Assembly (NCBI RefSeq): GCF_030655195.1
Contig: NZ_JAURWA010000009.1
Span: 3,850 to 67,849, forward strand
Reading direction: 5' to 3'
DNA: 64,000 bases
DNA from: Patulibacter sp.
Lineage (GTDB): Bacteria; Actinomycetota; Thermoleophilia; Solirubrobacterales; Solirubrobacteraceae
Positions within the stretch are counted from its first letter, which is position 1, and each line of letters begins with the position of its first letter. A program made the translations under genes and the position numbers. The notes beneath the pieces are model-generated. The model searched no databases. It had not been told where the DNA came from and saw only the letters and a list, made by a program, of their open reading frames with translations. This document shows positions 1-10,050 of this stretch, piece after piece.

Positions 1-1089
1 GGTGAGCCGCCGGCCCTCGAGCTCGACCCGCGGCAGGAACTCGCCGGCGACCCGCTCGGCGAGGGCGTGCAGGTCGGTCTGCTCCGGCCGCAGCTCGAGC
101 CCGCCGCTCTCGAGCCGCGAGAGGTCCAGCAGGTCGTAGGAGAGGCGCGTCAGCCGCTCGACCTGCGTCGCCAGCCGGGCGAGGAAGGCGTCGCGCTCCT
201 CGTCGTCGAGCTCCTCGTCCTGCAGCAGCTCGACGAAGCCCGAGAGCGACTGCAGCGGCGTGCGCAGCTCGTGCGACGCGGTGGCGATGAAGCGCTTGCG
301 GCTCGAGTCCAGCTCGCCGAGCTGCCGCTGCATCGTGTTCAGCGATCTGGCCAGCGCACCGAGCTCGTCGGGGGCGTCGACGTCGAAGCGGGTGGCGAAG
401 CGGCCCGAGGCGACCTCGCGGGAGCCCTGCTCCAGGCGGCGCAGCCGGGTCGAGACGCCGACGGCGAACGCGGTGCCCGTGAGCAGCGCGACGACGATGC
501 CCAGGAGCCCGCCGAGGACCAGCCGGCGGCGGACGAGGGAGACCGTCGCGCGGACGTCGGCGAGGTCCTCCGCGACGACGATGACGCCGCGGCGGCCGGT
601 CGCGGCCGCCACCGGCTCCGCGACGCGGGCCACCAGGCGATCGCCGTCGTCGACGGCCCGCATCGTGCGCCGGGCCTGGACCGCGCGGGCGGCGAGCCGG
701 GCGCCCGGGCCGTCGGCCGGGGTCCGGCCGGACGACGAGCGGCGCGTCGGCACGAGCTGCCCCGCGGCGGGCGAGAAGAGGACGACCTCCGCCCCCGTCC
801 GGGCCGCGACCGCGTCGACGAGCAGACGATCGGACCGCGCCGATCCGGGTGATGCGCCCCCGGCCTGCGCCCGCGAGTCGCGGACGGCCGCCCCGGCGTC
901 CTGGGCGAGCGACTGGACCCGCTGCTGGGCCAGCGTGGACTCGAGGCTCGGCAGGACCTGCAGCGCGATCGCGCCGACGGCGACGACCGTCACGGCGACG
1001 AAGGCGAGGGTCAGCCGCAGACGCAGCGACCGGCGCAGCCGGGCCCGCACCCCCAGGAGGCCGCGCCCGCGCTGGCGCTCGCCGGCCAC
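1..1089 (-). CDS. HAMP-domain sensor histidine kinase (partial, runs off left edge)
   Basis: Manual translation, not in ORF track: N-terminal TM (LRLTLAFVAVTVV) and H-box RKRFIATASHELRTPL followed by LLDLSRLESG; lies downstream of a response regulator. Confidence 0.9.
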   Translation of the reverse strand, partial: MAGERQRGRGLLGVRARLRRSLRLRLTLAFVAVTVVAVGAIALQVLPSLESTLAQQRVQSLAQDAGAAVRDSRAQAGGASPGSARSDRLLVDAVAARTGAEVVLFSPAAGQLVPTRRSSSGRTPADGPGARLAARAVQARRTMRAVDDGDRLVARVAEPVAAATGRRGVIVVAEDLADVRATVSLVRRRLVLGGLLGIVVALLTGTAFAVGVSTRLRRLEQGSREVASGRFATRFDVDAPDELGALARSLNTMQRQLGELDSSRKRFIATASHELRTPLQSLSGFVELLQDEELDDEERDAFLARLATQVERLTRLSYDLLDLSRLESGGLELRPEQTDLHALAERVAGEFLPRVELEGRRLT

Positions 1090-1096
1090 CCCGTCC

Positions 1097-1801
1097 TCAG
1101 TCGTCCGCGTCGCGGAACCGGTAGCCCAGGCCGCGGACCGTGATGACGTGCTCGGGCTTCTTCGGGTCGCGCTCGATCTTCTCGCGCAGGTGCAGCACGT
1201 GGACGTCGACGGTCCGCCGCTCGCGGTAGGCCGAGCCGCCCCAGGCCCGCTCCAGCAGCATGTCGCGGGTGAAGACGCGGCCGGGCGCGTAGGCCATGGT
1301 CGTCAGCAGCTCGAACTCGAGATGGGTCAGCTCGACCTCCTCGCCGCGGACGGTCACGCGACGGCGGTCGGGGTCGATGACCAGGTCGCCGACCTCGATC
1401 GGCGGCGTGTCGCCGGGCTGGACCGCCGGCATGGCCGCGCGACGGAGCGCGGCGCGGACGCGGCTGCGCAGCTCGCGGACCGAGAACGGCTTGGTGACGT
1501 AGTCGTCCGCGCCGCTCTCCAGGCCGGTCACGCGGTCGGCCTCCTCGCCGCGGGCGGAGAGCATGATGATCGGCACCGTCGAGCGCTGGCGGAGCTGGCG
1601 GCAGACCTCGAAGCCGTCGACGCCGGGCAGCATCACGTCGAGCAGCACGAGGTCGGGACGGGAGCGGTCGAACTGCTCCAGGGCCTCGCGGCCGTCGGCG
1701 GCGGTCAGGACCTCGTGGCCGTCCCGGCGCAGCGGGAAGGCCAGGAGCGTCCGGATCGATTCCTCGTCGTCGACGACGAGGATGCGGGCGGCGGCGGTCA
1801 T
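1097..1801 (-). CDS. OmpR/PhoB-family response regulator
   Basis: ILVVDDE, LLDVMLP, GADDYVTKPF, winged-helix tail TVRGLGYRF; 234 aa C-terminal part of track ORF 1097..3439. Confidence 0.95.
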   Translation of the reverse strand: MTAAARILVVDDEESIRTLLAFPLRRDGHEVLTAADGREALEQFDRSRPDLVLLDVMLPGVDGFEVCRQLRQRSTVPIIMLSARGEEADRVTGLESGADDYVTKPFSVRELRSRVRAALRRAAMPAVQPGDTPPIEVGDLVIDPDRRRVTVRGEEVELTHLEFELLTTMAYAPGRVFTRDMLLERAWGGSAYRERRTVDVHVLHLREKIERDPKKPEHVITVRGLGYRFRDADD

Positions 1802-1861
1802 CGTCACCCCATCATCGCGCCCGGGCCGCCGGATCGGGGTGCGCCGGTACGCTGGCGGTCC

Positions 1862-3862
1862 TTGGCGATCCGGATCGGCATCGGTGCGCTGCTCCTCGCT
1901 GCGCTGGTCGCGGTGTTCTCGCTGCGCGCGCTGCCGCGGCCCCTCACGGCCGACCTGCCCGCCGACGCCTACGACGCGGCGTCGGCGATGCGCCTGAACA
2001 CCGAGCTGACCCGCACGTTCCCGTCCCGTCGGGCGGGCTCCCCCGGCGACGCGGCCCTCGGCGACCGGGTCGGCGCGGAGCTGCGCCGGGCGCTGCCCTC
2101 CGCGGCGATCGACGTCGACGAGTTCACCTCCGACACGCCCGACGGCACCCGGACCCTGCGCAACGTCTCCGCGACCCTGCCGGGCCTGCCGGGGCCCGAG
2201 ATCATGATCGTGGCCCACCGCGACGCCCTGCGGCGCGGCTCGGCGGCCGAGATGACGGGCACCGCGGGGCTGATCGCCCTCGCACGCGCCGCAGGGCAGA
2301 ACCGCTTCCAGCACACCGTGCAGTTCGTCTCGACCAGCGGCGGCTCGGGCGGCGGGCTCTCCGGGGCGACCCGTCTGGCGAAGGCCGCGAAGGGCCGCGT
2401 CTCGACGGTGATCGTGCTGGGCGACCTGTCGGGAGACCGGTCGCGGCAGCCGGTCGTCGTCTCCTGGGGCAACACGCCGAGCGCGGCGCCCCTGCGGCTC
2501 GGGCGGACCGTCGAGGCGGCGCTGCGCGGCGAGGGTCTGCGGCCGGCGCCGTCGGAGTCGCTGTGGCGCCAGGTCGTCCGGCGCGGGCTGCCGGCGACCG
2601 TCGGCGAGCAGGGCGAGTTCGACCAGGCCGGGGTCCCGTCCGTCCTCCTGACCACGACGGACTCGATCGCCTCGTCCGCGACCGCCCCCGTCGACGCCGG
2701 GCGCTTCGGCGCGTCCGGCCGTGCCGCCGTGCGCGCCCTGCTGGCGGTCGACATGCCGCGGGCGGACGTCGGACCGCAGCAGGGCAGTCTCGTCATCGCC
2801 GGGCGCGAGCTGCCCGGCTGGGCGCTGCGGGTGCTGCTGCTCTGCCTGGTGCTGCCGCTGACCGGCGGGGCGCTGGTCCTCTCGATCGCCCTGGCCCGCG
2901 ACGGGGTGCACCTGCTCGGCGGGCTCGCCTGGACGGTCGGGTGCGCGGTCGGGCCCCTGGTCGCCGGGCTCGTCGCGATCGGTGCCGGTCGCACCGGTCT
3001 GGCCTGGCCCGCGCTCCCGGCCCCGTTCGCCGGGACCGCCGTACAGACCGGCGCCGGGGCGTGGGTGCTGATCGGCGTCCTGCTCCTGCTGCTGCTCGTC
3101 CTCACCGCGCTGGCGCGACCGTTCCTGACGCGCGAGGTCGCCGGCCATCATCGCCCGACGCGCCCGTCCGTGGCCTTCGGCGTGTTCGTCGTCCTGCTGG
3201 TCACGATGGTGCCCCTGCTCGTCCTCGATCCGCTCGCGGCGTACCTGCTGGTGCCCGCGCTGGCGGCCTGGCCGGCGGCGATCTCCCCGTTCCCGGTCGT
3301 CGCGCCGTTGCACCGCGCGGGGCTGTTCCTCGTCGGTGCCCTCCTGCCGCTCGCGGCGATCGTCACGGTGGTCTCGGACCTCCGGGTCGGCATCGTCGAG
3401 GTGCCGTGGTGGCTGGTCCTCCTCGTCGCCGGCGGCCACATCACGCCCGTGGCGATGCTGCTCCTGAGCCTCGTCGCGGGCACGGCGATCGCGACCCTGC
3501 TCTCGGTCGTCCCGCCGGTCACCAACCCGGTGACGGGCCGGCGCGGCGGGGCGCCGGAGCGCGAACCCCGACGGCGTCGCCGCCGCCCGGTCGCGGACGG
3601 CGAGCCGTTCGGAGGTCCCGCACCCCAGGACGAGGCGCCGGCCCCGCCGGTCGGCCCGCCCGGACCACGGCGCCGTCGACGGGCCCCGGTCGCCGACGAC
3701 GAGCCGTTCGAAGGTCCCGCACCGCCCGCCGAGGCGCCGGACCCGCCGGTCAGCCCGCCCGGTGCTCGAAGCCCGCGAGCACGACCGGGACGCCGTCGCG
3801 CAGCAGCCGCGGACCCGGGGCCTCGTCGCCGGCCGCCGCGCGAACCTCGCCGATCCACGTGA
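1862..3862 (+). CDS. Multi-pass membrane protein with degenerate M28-peptidase-like extracellular domain
   Basis: N-terminal [10 protein letters not shown] (HxD), about 8 hydrophobic segments, Pro/Arg-rich tail; start TTG 1862 chosen because TACGCT lies 8 nt upstream; start uncertain. Confidence 0.7.
   Translation: MAIRIGIGALLLAALVAVFSLRALPRPLTADLPADAYDAASAMRLNTELTRTFPSRRAGSPGDAALGDRVGAELRRALPSAAIDVDEFTSDTPDGTRTLRNVSATLPGLPGPEIMIVAHRDALRRGSAAEMTGTAGLIALARAAGQNRFQHTVQFVSTSGGSGGGLSGATRLAKAAKGRVSTVIVLGDLSGDRSRQPVVVSWGNTPSAAPLRLGRTVEAALRGEGLRPAPSESLWRQVVRRGLPATVGEQGEFDQAGVPSVLLTTTDSIASSATAPVDAGRFGASGRAAVRALLAVDMPRADVGPQQGSLVIAGRELPGWALRVLLLCLVLPLTGGALVLSIALARDGVHLLGGLAWTVGCAVGPLVAGLVAIGAGRTGLAWPALPAPFAGTAVQTGAGAWVLIGVLLLLLLVLTALARPFLTREVAGHHRPTRPSVAFGVFVVLLVTMVPLLVLDPLAAYLLVPALAAWPAAISPFPVVAPLHRAGLFLVGALLPLAAIVTVVSDLRVGIVEVPWWLVLLVAGGHITPVAMLLLSLVAGTAIATLLSVVPPVTNPVTGRRGGAPEREPRRRRRRPVADGEPFGGPAPQDEAPAPPVGPPGPRRRRRAPVADDEPFEGPAPPAEAPDPPVSPPGARSPRARPGRRRAAAADPGPRRRPPREPRRST
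3566..3763 (+). repeat. Imperfect 99-bp (33-codon) tandem duplication
   Basis: [33 protein letters not shown] (3566-3664) followed by [33 protein letters not shown] (3665-3763). Confidence 0.85.
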
Positions 3863-4718
3863 CGCCGGCCAGGCCGTCGGCGACGCCCGGCGGCGCGGTC
3901 ACCAGCAGCTCGTAGTCCTCCCCGGCCGTCGCGGCCAGCTCCGCGGGGTCCTGCCCCGTGGCCCGGGCGACGGCGTCGACGCCGGCCTGGCGCGGCAGCC
4001 GGGCCAGGTCGACGTCCACCACGACCCCGGACGCCCGCCCGAGGTGCCCGGCGTCGGCGGCGACCCCGTCGGAGAGGTCGATCCCGCAGCGCACGCCGGC
4101 CGCCGACAACGCGACGCCCTCGTCCAGCCGGGGCAGGGGCCGCAGGTACCGCTCGACGAGCGCCGGCCCCTCCGCGGGGCCGGGCGCCCGGCCGAGGACG
4201 ATCGCGAGGCCCGCCCCGCTCCCGCCGAGCGACCCGGTGACGCCGACGCGGTCGCCCGGCCGGGCACGGTCGCGACGCAGCAGCGCCTCGGGACCGGGAG
4301 CCCAACCGACGACGGTGACCGTGATCACGAGGACGGGGCCGGCGGTGACGTCGCCGCCGGCGATCGTCGTGCCGGTGCGCAGCGCGAGCTCCTCCATCGC
4401 CGCGACGGCGCCGAGGACGTCTGCATCGCCCCAGTCCGGGGGCACGGTCAGCGCGACGTACGCCTCGCCGGCCGCCACGCCCATCGCCGCCAGGTCCGAG
4501 AGCGCCGTGGCGAGCGCGCGGTGCCCGACGACCGCGGGCGTCGCCCGCGGATCGCCCGCGGGCAGGTGCACGCCCATGACGGTCGTGTCGGTGCTCGTGA
4601 CCGCCAGCGCGCCGGCGGGACGGACGACGGCGGCGTCGTCGCCGGGCCCGATCAGGAGGCGGTCGTCACGGGCCGTGAGGCCCGCGGTGAACGACCGGAT
4701 GAGTGCGCGTTCGCCCAC
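3750..4718 (-). CDS. thiL: Thiamine-monophosphate kinase
   Basis: [44 protein letters not shown]. Confidence 0.93.
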   Translation of the reverse strand: MGERALIRSFTAGLTARDDRLLIGPGDDAAVVRPAGALAVTSTDTTVMGVHLPAGDPRATPAVVGHRALATALSDLAAMGVAAGEAYVALTVPPDWGDADVLGAVAAMEELALRTGTTIAGGDVTAGPVLVITVTVVGWAPGPEALLRRDRARPGDRVGVTGSLGGSGAGLAIVLGRAPGPAEGPALVERYLRPLPRLDEGVALSAAGVRCGIDLSDGVAADAGHLGRASGVVVDVDLARLPRQAGVDAVARATGQDPAELAATAGEDYELLVTAPPGVADGLAGVTWIGEVRAAAGDEAPGPRLLRDGVPVVLAGFEHRAG

Positions 4719-4751
4719 GCCGGGAGCATGACGCCCGGGCGGGGCGGAGGT

Positions 4752-4770
4752 CGGCGGCCCGTGGCCGCCG
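4752..4770 (-). terminator. GC hairpin just downstream of infA (terminator candidate, no U-tract)
   Basis: CGGCGGCC-cgt-GGCCGCCG perfect 8-bp stem, 8 nt after the infA stop. Confidence 0.35.
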
Positions 4771-4778
4771 GGTGCGTC

Positions 4779-4997
4779 CTACCGGTGGCGGTAGACGATG
4801 CGCGCGCGGCTGAGGTCGTACGGCGAGACCTCGACGCGGACCCGGTCGCCCGGGAGGATGCGGATGCGGAAGCGGCGCATCTTGCCGGCGACGTGGCCGA
4901 GGACCTCGTGCCCGTTGTCGAGCTGCACCTTGAACATCGCGTTGGGCAGGGCCTCGACGACCTCGCCCTCGAACTCTACTTTGTCTTCTTTGGCCAT
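4779..4997 (-). CDS. infA: Translation initiation factor IF-1
   Basis: 72 aa, [55 protein letters not shown]. Confidence 0.98.
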   Translation of the reverse strand: MAKEDKVEFEGEVVEALPNAMFKVQLDNGHEVLGHVAGKMRRFRIRILPGDRVRVEVSPYDLSRARIVYRHR

Positions 4998-5150
4998 CCG
5001 ACCTACGGTACCAAGGGTCGACCGGCGGACGCTGAGCCCCTACCACATGGGCGGGCGCCGGGGCAACCGCGGGAGTCCCGGGGCGCCACCGCCGCGGGCC
5101 GCGGCGGGGAGCCGACTGCGGGGGGCCGCCGGCGGCGGCCCCGCCACGTC

Positions 5151-7268
5151 CTACGGGGCGGCGGGGGCCGGCGGGGTCTCGTACGAGTCGGCCGGGTAGG
5201 CGTTCGAGACGCCCGAGGTGCCGGCGCCGGTGGTGCTGCCCGTGCCGGTGCTGCCGGAGTCGCCCGTGCCGCCCGTCGGGTTGCCGTACTGGTCGGTGGT
5301 GCCCGTCCCGTTCGGGGAGGTGCTCGAGCCCCTGCGGCCCTTCGTGCCCGTGAACGGGACGAGGCCCTGGAAGTCGCCGCAGTAGTCGCCGTGCGCCGAC
5401 GCCATGTACTGCTTCCAGATCGGGGCCGAGACGCTCGCGCCCTGGATGTTGCCGCCGGCCTGCGTGGTCGACACGATCGTCTTGCGCGAGCCGGGGTAGC
5501 CGACCCAGACCGCGGTCGACATCCGCGGCGTGTAGCCCGCGAGCCACACGTCGGACGGGCCGTCGGTGGTGCCGGTCTTGCCGCCGGCGGGGCAGCCGAA
5601 GTTCGCCGACGCGGCGGTGCCGCCCTTGATGTCGGCCTGCAGGATGCGGTTGACCTCGGACGCGACGTCCTTCGGGATCCCGCGGGTGCGGCGGACGGGC
5701 TCGGGGCGCTTGACCGACCCGTCGCCGAAGACGACCTTCGTGATCGCCCGCGGGGTGACGCGCATGCCGCCGTTGGCGATCGTCGCGTAGACGCGGGCGA
5801 TCTCCATCGGGGTGACCTCGGCGGCGCCGAGGGACTCCGACGGGTACGACTGCAGCTTCGACGTGATGCCCATCGCGCGGGCGGTCTTCGTCACGTTCTT
5901 CATGCCGACGTCGAGGCCGAGCTGGAAGAAGACCGTGTTGACCGACTTCAACGTCGCGGTCTTCAGGTCCATCGACCCGCCCTTGGAGCCCTCGCCGGCG
6001 AAGTTCTTGACGACGCCCGTGCCGTACTGCGACGGGATCGGCAGCGAGCCCGGGGCCGGGTAGCTCGTGCTCGGGCTGATGCCCTGCTCGAGCGCCGTGG
6101 TCAGGACGATCGTCTTGTAGGTCGAGCCCGGCTGGCGCTTGCCCTGCGTGGCGAGGTCGTACTGGTTCTGCCCGAACTGGGTGGAGCCGGTCGACGCCTC
6201 GATGTCGCCGGTGGCCGGGTCGAGGGTCACGACCGCGGCGGACGGGTCGCCCGCGGACGGGTCGAGCTTGTCGGCCATCGCCTTGCGGGCCAGCTCCTGC
6301 TTGCGCAGGTCGAGCGTCGTGTAGACCTTCAGCCCGCCCTGCGAGACGCGCTTCTTGCCGTACTTGTCGATCAGCTTCGTGCGGACGTAGTTGAGGAAGA
6401 ACCGCTCGCGACGGGTCGTGTAGTAGGTGCCGCCGTTCTTGACGCCGAGCGGCTTGGCCTGGGCGGCCGCGGCCTCCGACGTGCTGACGTAGCCCTGCTG
6501 GGCCATGCGCCGGATGACGTCGTTGCGACGGGCCAGCGCGCCCTCGGGGTTCTGGTACGGGTTGTAGTCCGACGGGGCCTGCGGCAGGCCGGCGATGGTC
6601 GCGGCCTGGGCGAGGGTCAGCTTGCGCGCCGTCGTGCTGAAGAAGACGCGCGCGGCGGCCTCGACGCCCTTGATCTCCTGGCCGCCGACGGTGCCGTACG
6701 GCGCGGTGTTCAGGTAGGTCGTCAGGACCCAGGTCTTGCCCTCGCGACCGGGATGGCGGTCCTCGAGCTGCTGGGCGAGCTTCGCCTCGCGGATCTTGCG
6801 GTCCAGGCTGCTCGTCGTGTCCTTCGTCCACAGGTTGCGGATCAGCTGCATCTCGAGCGTCGAGGCGCCCTCGGCGTTACCGCCCTCGGAGATGTTGCGG
6901 GTCGCGGCGCGGAAGATGCCCTCGACGTCGACGCCGGCGTGCTCGTAGAAGCGCCGGTCCTCGACCGCGACGGTGGCGTTGCGGACCAGGTCCGACATCT
7001 CGGTCGTGCGGATCTTCTCGCGCAGGACGGGGCCGGGCAGGTAGCCCAGGCGCGTGCCGTCCTTGGCGTAGACGACGGACGGCGCACCGGGGTCGACCTG
7101 GTCCATCTCGTCGAGGTCGACGCTGTCGGCGACGGAGACGACGTAGCCCACACCGCCGATCGCGCTCACACCGAGGGCGACGAAGGCGACGGCGAACAGC
7201 ACGAGGACGACTCGTGCCGCACCGCCCTTGGAGCGTCGCTGGCGACGCTTGCGGGCTGCGTGGGACAT
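5151..7268 (-). CDS. Class A penicillin-binding protein (transglycosylase/transpeptidase)
   Basis: N-terminal TM, AVEDRRFYEH, GASTLEMQL, RKIREA, QPGSTYK (SxxK), SVN, GKTGT; Gly/Thr-rich tail; 705 aa. Confidence 0.95.
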   Translation of the reverse strand: MSHAARKRRQRRSKGGAARVVLVLFAVAFVALGVSAIGGVGYVVSVADSVDLDEMDQVDPGAPSVVYAKDGTRLGYLPGPVLREKIRTTEMSDLVRNATVAVEDRRFYEHAGVDVEGIFRAATRNISEGGNAEGASTLEMQLIRNLWTKDTTSSLDRKIREAKLAQQLEDRHPGREGKTWVLTTYLNTAPYGTVGGQEIKGVEAAARVFFSTTARKLTLAQAATIAGLPQAPSDYNPYQNPEGALARRNDVIRRMAQQGYVSTSEAAAAQAKPLGVKNGGTYYTTRRERFFLNYVRTKLIDKYGKKRVSQGGLKVYTTLDLRKQELARKAMADKLDPSAGDPSAAVVTLDPATGDIEASTGSTQFGQNQYDLATQGKRQPGSTYKTIVLTTALEQGISPSTSYPAPGSLPIPSQYGTGVVKNFAGEGSKGGSMDLKTATLKSVNTVFFQLGLDVGMKNVTKTARAMGITSKLQSYPSESLGAAEVTPMEIARVYATIANGGMRVTPRAITKVVFGDGSVKRPEPVRRTRGIPKDVASEVNRILQADIKGGTAASANFGCPAGGKTGTTDGPSDVWLAGYTPRMSTAVWVGYPGSRKTIVSTTQAGGNIQGASVSAPIWKQYMASAHGDYCGDFQGLVPFTGTKGRRGSSTSPNGTGTTDQYGNPTGGTGDSGSTGTGSTTGAGTSGVSNAYPADSYETPPAPAAP

Positions 7269-7311
7269 TCCGGAGGGACGATACCCCCATCGGACCCGTT
7301 CTCCTGCCGGT

Positions 7312-7345
7312 TGCACCCACGGATGCACCCGCGGATGCACCCGCG
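7312..7345 (+). repeat. Triple 12-bp direct repeat in divergent intergenic region
   Basis: TGCACCCACGGA / TGCACCCGCGGA / TGCACCCGCG. Confidence 0.7.
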
Positions 7346-7397
7346 CCGCGGTCCCATCGGTCGCGGTCGGGCGGGGGATCGGGCACCATGACGTCGG

Positions 7398-8837
7398 ATG
7401 GGGCGCCCTCCCCAGCTCGAGCGCCCGCCGGCGTCCGGGCCCCCGACGCCCGCGTCCGTCGCCGCCCCGGCGTCCGCCGCCGGCCCCGCCCCGAACGGCC
7501 CGGCGACGCCCCTCGGCTGGCGCGCGACGGCTCGCGTGGTGCTCCCCGCGTTCGTGCTCACCCGCCTGGTCACGCTGATCGCGGGCGTCGTGGGCGCCGC
7601 GCTCTGGGGGATCCACGACGGCGCGACCACGTACGACCCGGCCGGGCTGACCACCGGCCTGGGCGGCGTCGTCGACCGGCTCGTCGGGCCCTTCGCGCGT
7701 TGGGACGCCGTCTGGTTCCTCGACATCGCCAACAACGGCTACCCGACGGACTACGCGCCGCGGACGGCGTTCTTCCCGCTCTACCCGGTGCTGTTGAACG
7801 TCGGCGGACTCGTGCTCGGCTCGCCGCTGATCGCCGGGCTGCTGATCTCGTCGGTCTGCGCGTTCCTCGGCGCGATGCTCGTGCACCGGCTGACGGAGCT
7901 CGAGCTCGGCCGGCCCGCGGCGGGCGTGGCGGTCTGGGCGCTCCTGCTGTTCCCGGGATCGCTCTGGCTGTCGGCGGTCTACTCGGAGGGCCTGTTCCTG
8001 CTGCTGTCCGCCGCCTGCCTGTACTACGCGCGGGAGCGGCGCTGGGCCGTGGTCGCCGCGTGCGGGGCGCTGGCGGCGACCACCCGCAGCGCGGGCGTGG
8101 TCCTCGTGGTCCCGATCCTCGTGATGGCGTGGCAGGGGCGGACGCCTCGTGGCCGGAGCGGCGTCGAGGGCCCTGCGGGCGGGAGCGGCGTCGCGGGCAC
8201 CGTGGACCGGGTGCTCGTCGGCGGGCGCGCGGCCGCCGACCGGGCCGGCGCGCGGCTGGCCGACGCCGCGGACGACCTGCGCCCCGCGCTGCTCTCGGCC
8301 GGGGCGGTCGTCGGCGGGCTCCTGCTGTTCCTCGTCGGGCTGCGCCTCGCGGGGCACTCGTGGACCGTCTCGTTCGACCAGCAGCAGGAGTGGGGGCGGC
8401 GCAACGTCGGGCCGTTCGAGGGGATCGTCCAGTCGGTCCGGGCCGCGGAGGCCGGGCTGTCGGACCTCGTCCACCCGGTCTCGACCCCCTCCGGCGAGGC
8501 CACCGCGCTGGCGTGGATGAACCCGCTGCTGCTCGTGTTCCTCGTCGGCGCCGTGGTGGCGCTCGTGGGGGCCGCCCGCCGCCTGCCGCCCGCCTACGCG
8601 GCGTACGCCGGCTGCGCGCTGCTGCTGCCGCTGAGCTCCCCCGCGACCGAGGGCGCCGGCCCCCTGATGTCGCTCCCGCGATTCCTCGGGGTCCTGTTCC
8701 CGCTGGCGATGTGGGCCGGCTGGTGGCTGACCCGCGGGCGGCTGCAGCGCACCCGCCGGATCGTCCTCGCGGTCGTGGGTCTCGGGATGCTGGCGCTGTT
8801 CTCCGAGCTGACGACGCGCTGGCTCTTCGTCGCCTGA
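7398..8837 (+). CDS. GT-C fold mannosyltransferase (PIG-V-like)
   Basis: FARWDAVWFLDIANNGY, RTAFFPLYP, YSEGLFL, MSLPRF; many TM segments; start uncertain. Confidence 0.85.
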   Translation: MGRPPQLERPPASGPPTPASVAAPASAAGPAPNGPATPLGWRATARVVLPAFVLTRLVTLIAGVVGAALWGIHDGATTYDPAGLTTGLGGVVDRLVGPFARWDAVWFLDIANNGYPTDYAPRTAFFPLYPVLLNVGGLVLGSPLIAGLLISSVCAFLGAMLVHRLTELELGRPAAGVAVWALLLFPGSLWLSAVYSEGLFLLLSAACLYYARERRWAVVAACGALAATTRSAGVVLVVPILVMAWQGRTPRGRSGVEGPAGGSGVAGTVDRVLVGGRAAADRAGARLADAADDLRPALLSAGAVVGGLLLFLVGLRLAGHSWTVSFDQQQEWGRRNVGPFEGIVQSVRAAEAGLSDLVHPVSTPSGEATALAWMNPLLLVFLVGAVVALVGAARRLPPAYAAYAGCALLLPLSSPATEGAGPLMSLPRFLGVLFPLAMWAGWWLTRGRLQRTRRIVLAVVGLGMLALFSELTTRWLFVA

Positions 8838-8968
8838 GCACCGGCCGCCCGGGTCCCGGACCGTCCCGACGGCGCACCGGCGGAGCCGGGCCGGGCTCCG
8901 GCGGCCCACCGCCGTGCGCCCCCGCCCGGCGGGGCTTTCGACGCCCGGCTGCCGGTACTCTCGGCCCG

Positions 8969-9874
8969 GTGAGCACGCCCGTGTCGACGACGCCGTCGTC
9001 CCCGCCCGCACCCGATCGGGACGGCGACGGCTTCGGTCCCCGGCTCTCGTGGGGCGCCGGGACGGCGCTCCTGGCGTTCATCGCGACGCTCGGCGCCACC
9101 ATCGTCACGTCGATCCCCGCGATCGCGATCGGCGACGACACCGGGACGGCCAAGGCGACGGGCTCCGTCGTCGGATCGATCCTCCAGAACGCCGTCTTCG
9201 TCGGCATGCCGCTCCTGATCGTCGGGATGATGGTCGGCGGCCTGCGGCGCCGCGACGTCGGGCTGGTCCTGCCCCCGAAGGCGTGGCGCATCCCGCTGTT
9301 CGTGGCGGTCGCGCTGGTCCTGTACCTGCTGATCTCGGCCGGGCTCGGCGAGCTCCTGAACGCCGGCGGCCAGGAGGACGAGCTGCCCGACAAGCTCGGG
9401 GCCAAGGAGTCCCTCCTGGCGGGCATCGCGGTCGGCCTGGCGGTGACGGTCTGCGCCCCGATCGGCGAGGAGTTCCTGCTGCGGGGGATCCTCTACCCCG
9501 GCCTGCGCGACTCGCTGGCCCGCATCGCCCCGGTCTGGGTCGCCATCGCGCTGGCGGCGATCCTCGACGGCCTGCTCTTCGGCGCGCTGCACCTCGGCGG
9601 CACGAAGGCGATCTTCCTGCCGGTCCTGATGGTCTTCGGCGTGATCCTCTGCCTGCTGTACCAGCTGACCCGTACGCTGTACGCGAACATCCTCCTGCAC
9701 TGCACGAACAACTCGATCGCGATCACCGTCGCGCTCGACTGGTCGTTCCTCGGCGGCCTGGCCCTGTGGGCGGCGGCGGTCTCGATCATCACGCTGCTCG
9801 CGCTGGCCGCCCGGCGGTTCGAGCTGCGCCTCGGCCCGCCGAAGCGGGTCGGCGGGGTCACGCCCGCGCGCTGA
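8969..9874 (+). CDS. CPBP (Abi/CAAX) intramembrane metalloprotease
   Basis: APIGEEFLLRG, FGALH, ILLHCTNN; GTG start 7 nt after TACTCT. Confidence 0.9.
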   Translation: MSTPVSTTPSSPPAPDRDGDGFGPRLSWGAGTALLAFIATLGATIVTSIPAIAIGDDTGTAKATGSVVGSILQNAVFVGMPLLIVGMMVGGLRRRDVGLVLPPKAWRIPLFVAVALVLYLLISAGLGELLNAGGQEDELPDKLGAKESLLAGIAVGLAVTVCAPIGEEFLLRGILYPGLRDSLARIAPVWVAIALAAILDGLLFGALHLGGTKAIFLPVLMVFGVILCLLYQLTRTLYANILLHCTNNSIAITVALDWSFLGGLALWAAAVSIITLLALAARRFELRLGPPKRVGGVTPAR

Positions 9875-10050
9875 GGGCCTGCGGCCGTCCCGTCACCGCG
9901 GGGGCCGACGACGCCCCGCGGAGGGGACGGATCTGGCGCGCCGCCGCTCGCCACGGGGAGGACGCCGCCCGGTCGGCCCGTCGCCGTCGCCCCGGTGAAC
10001 GGCCCGTCCCAACCGGGGTGCGCCGTCGCGGGCACGGGTACCATGAGGCC

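Noticed and set aside
3566-3763. CRISPR array
   Set aside because: In-frame coding duplication without repeat-spacer structure; no array or cas genes seen anywhere in the window
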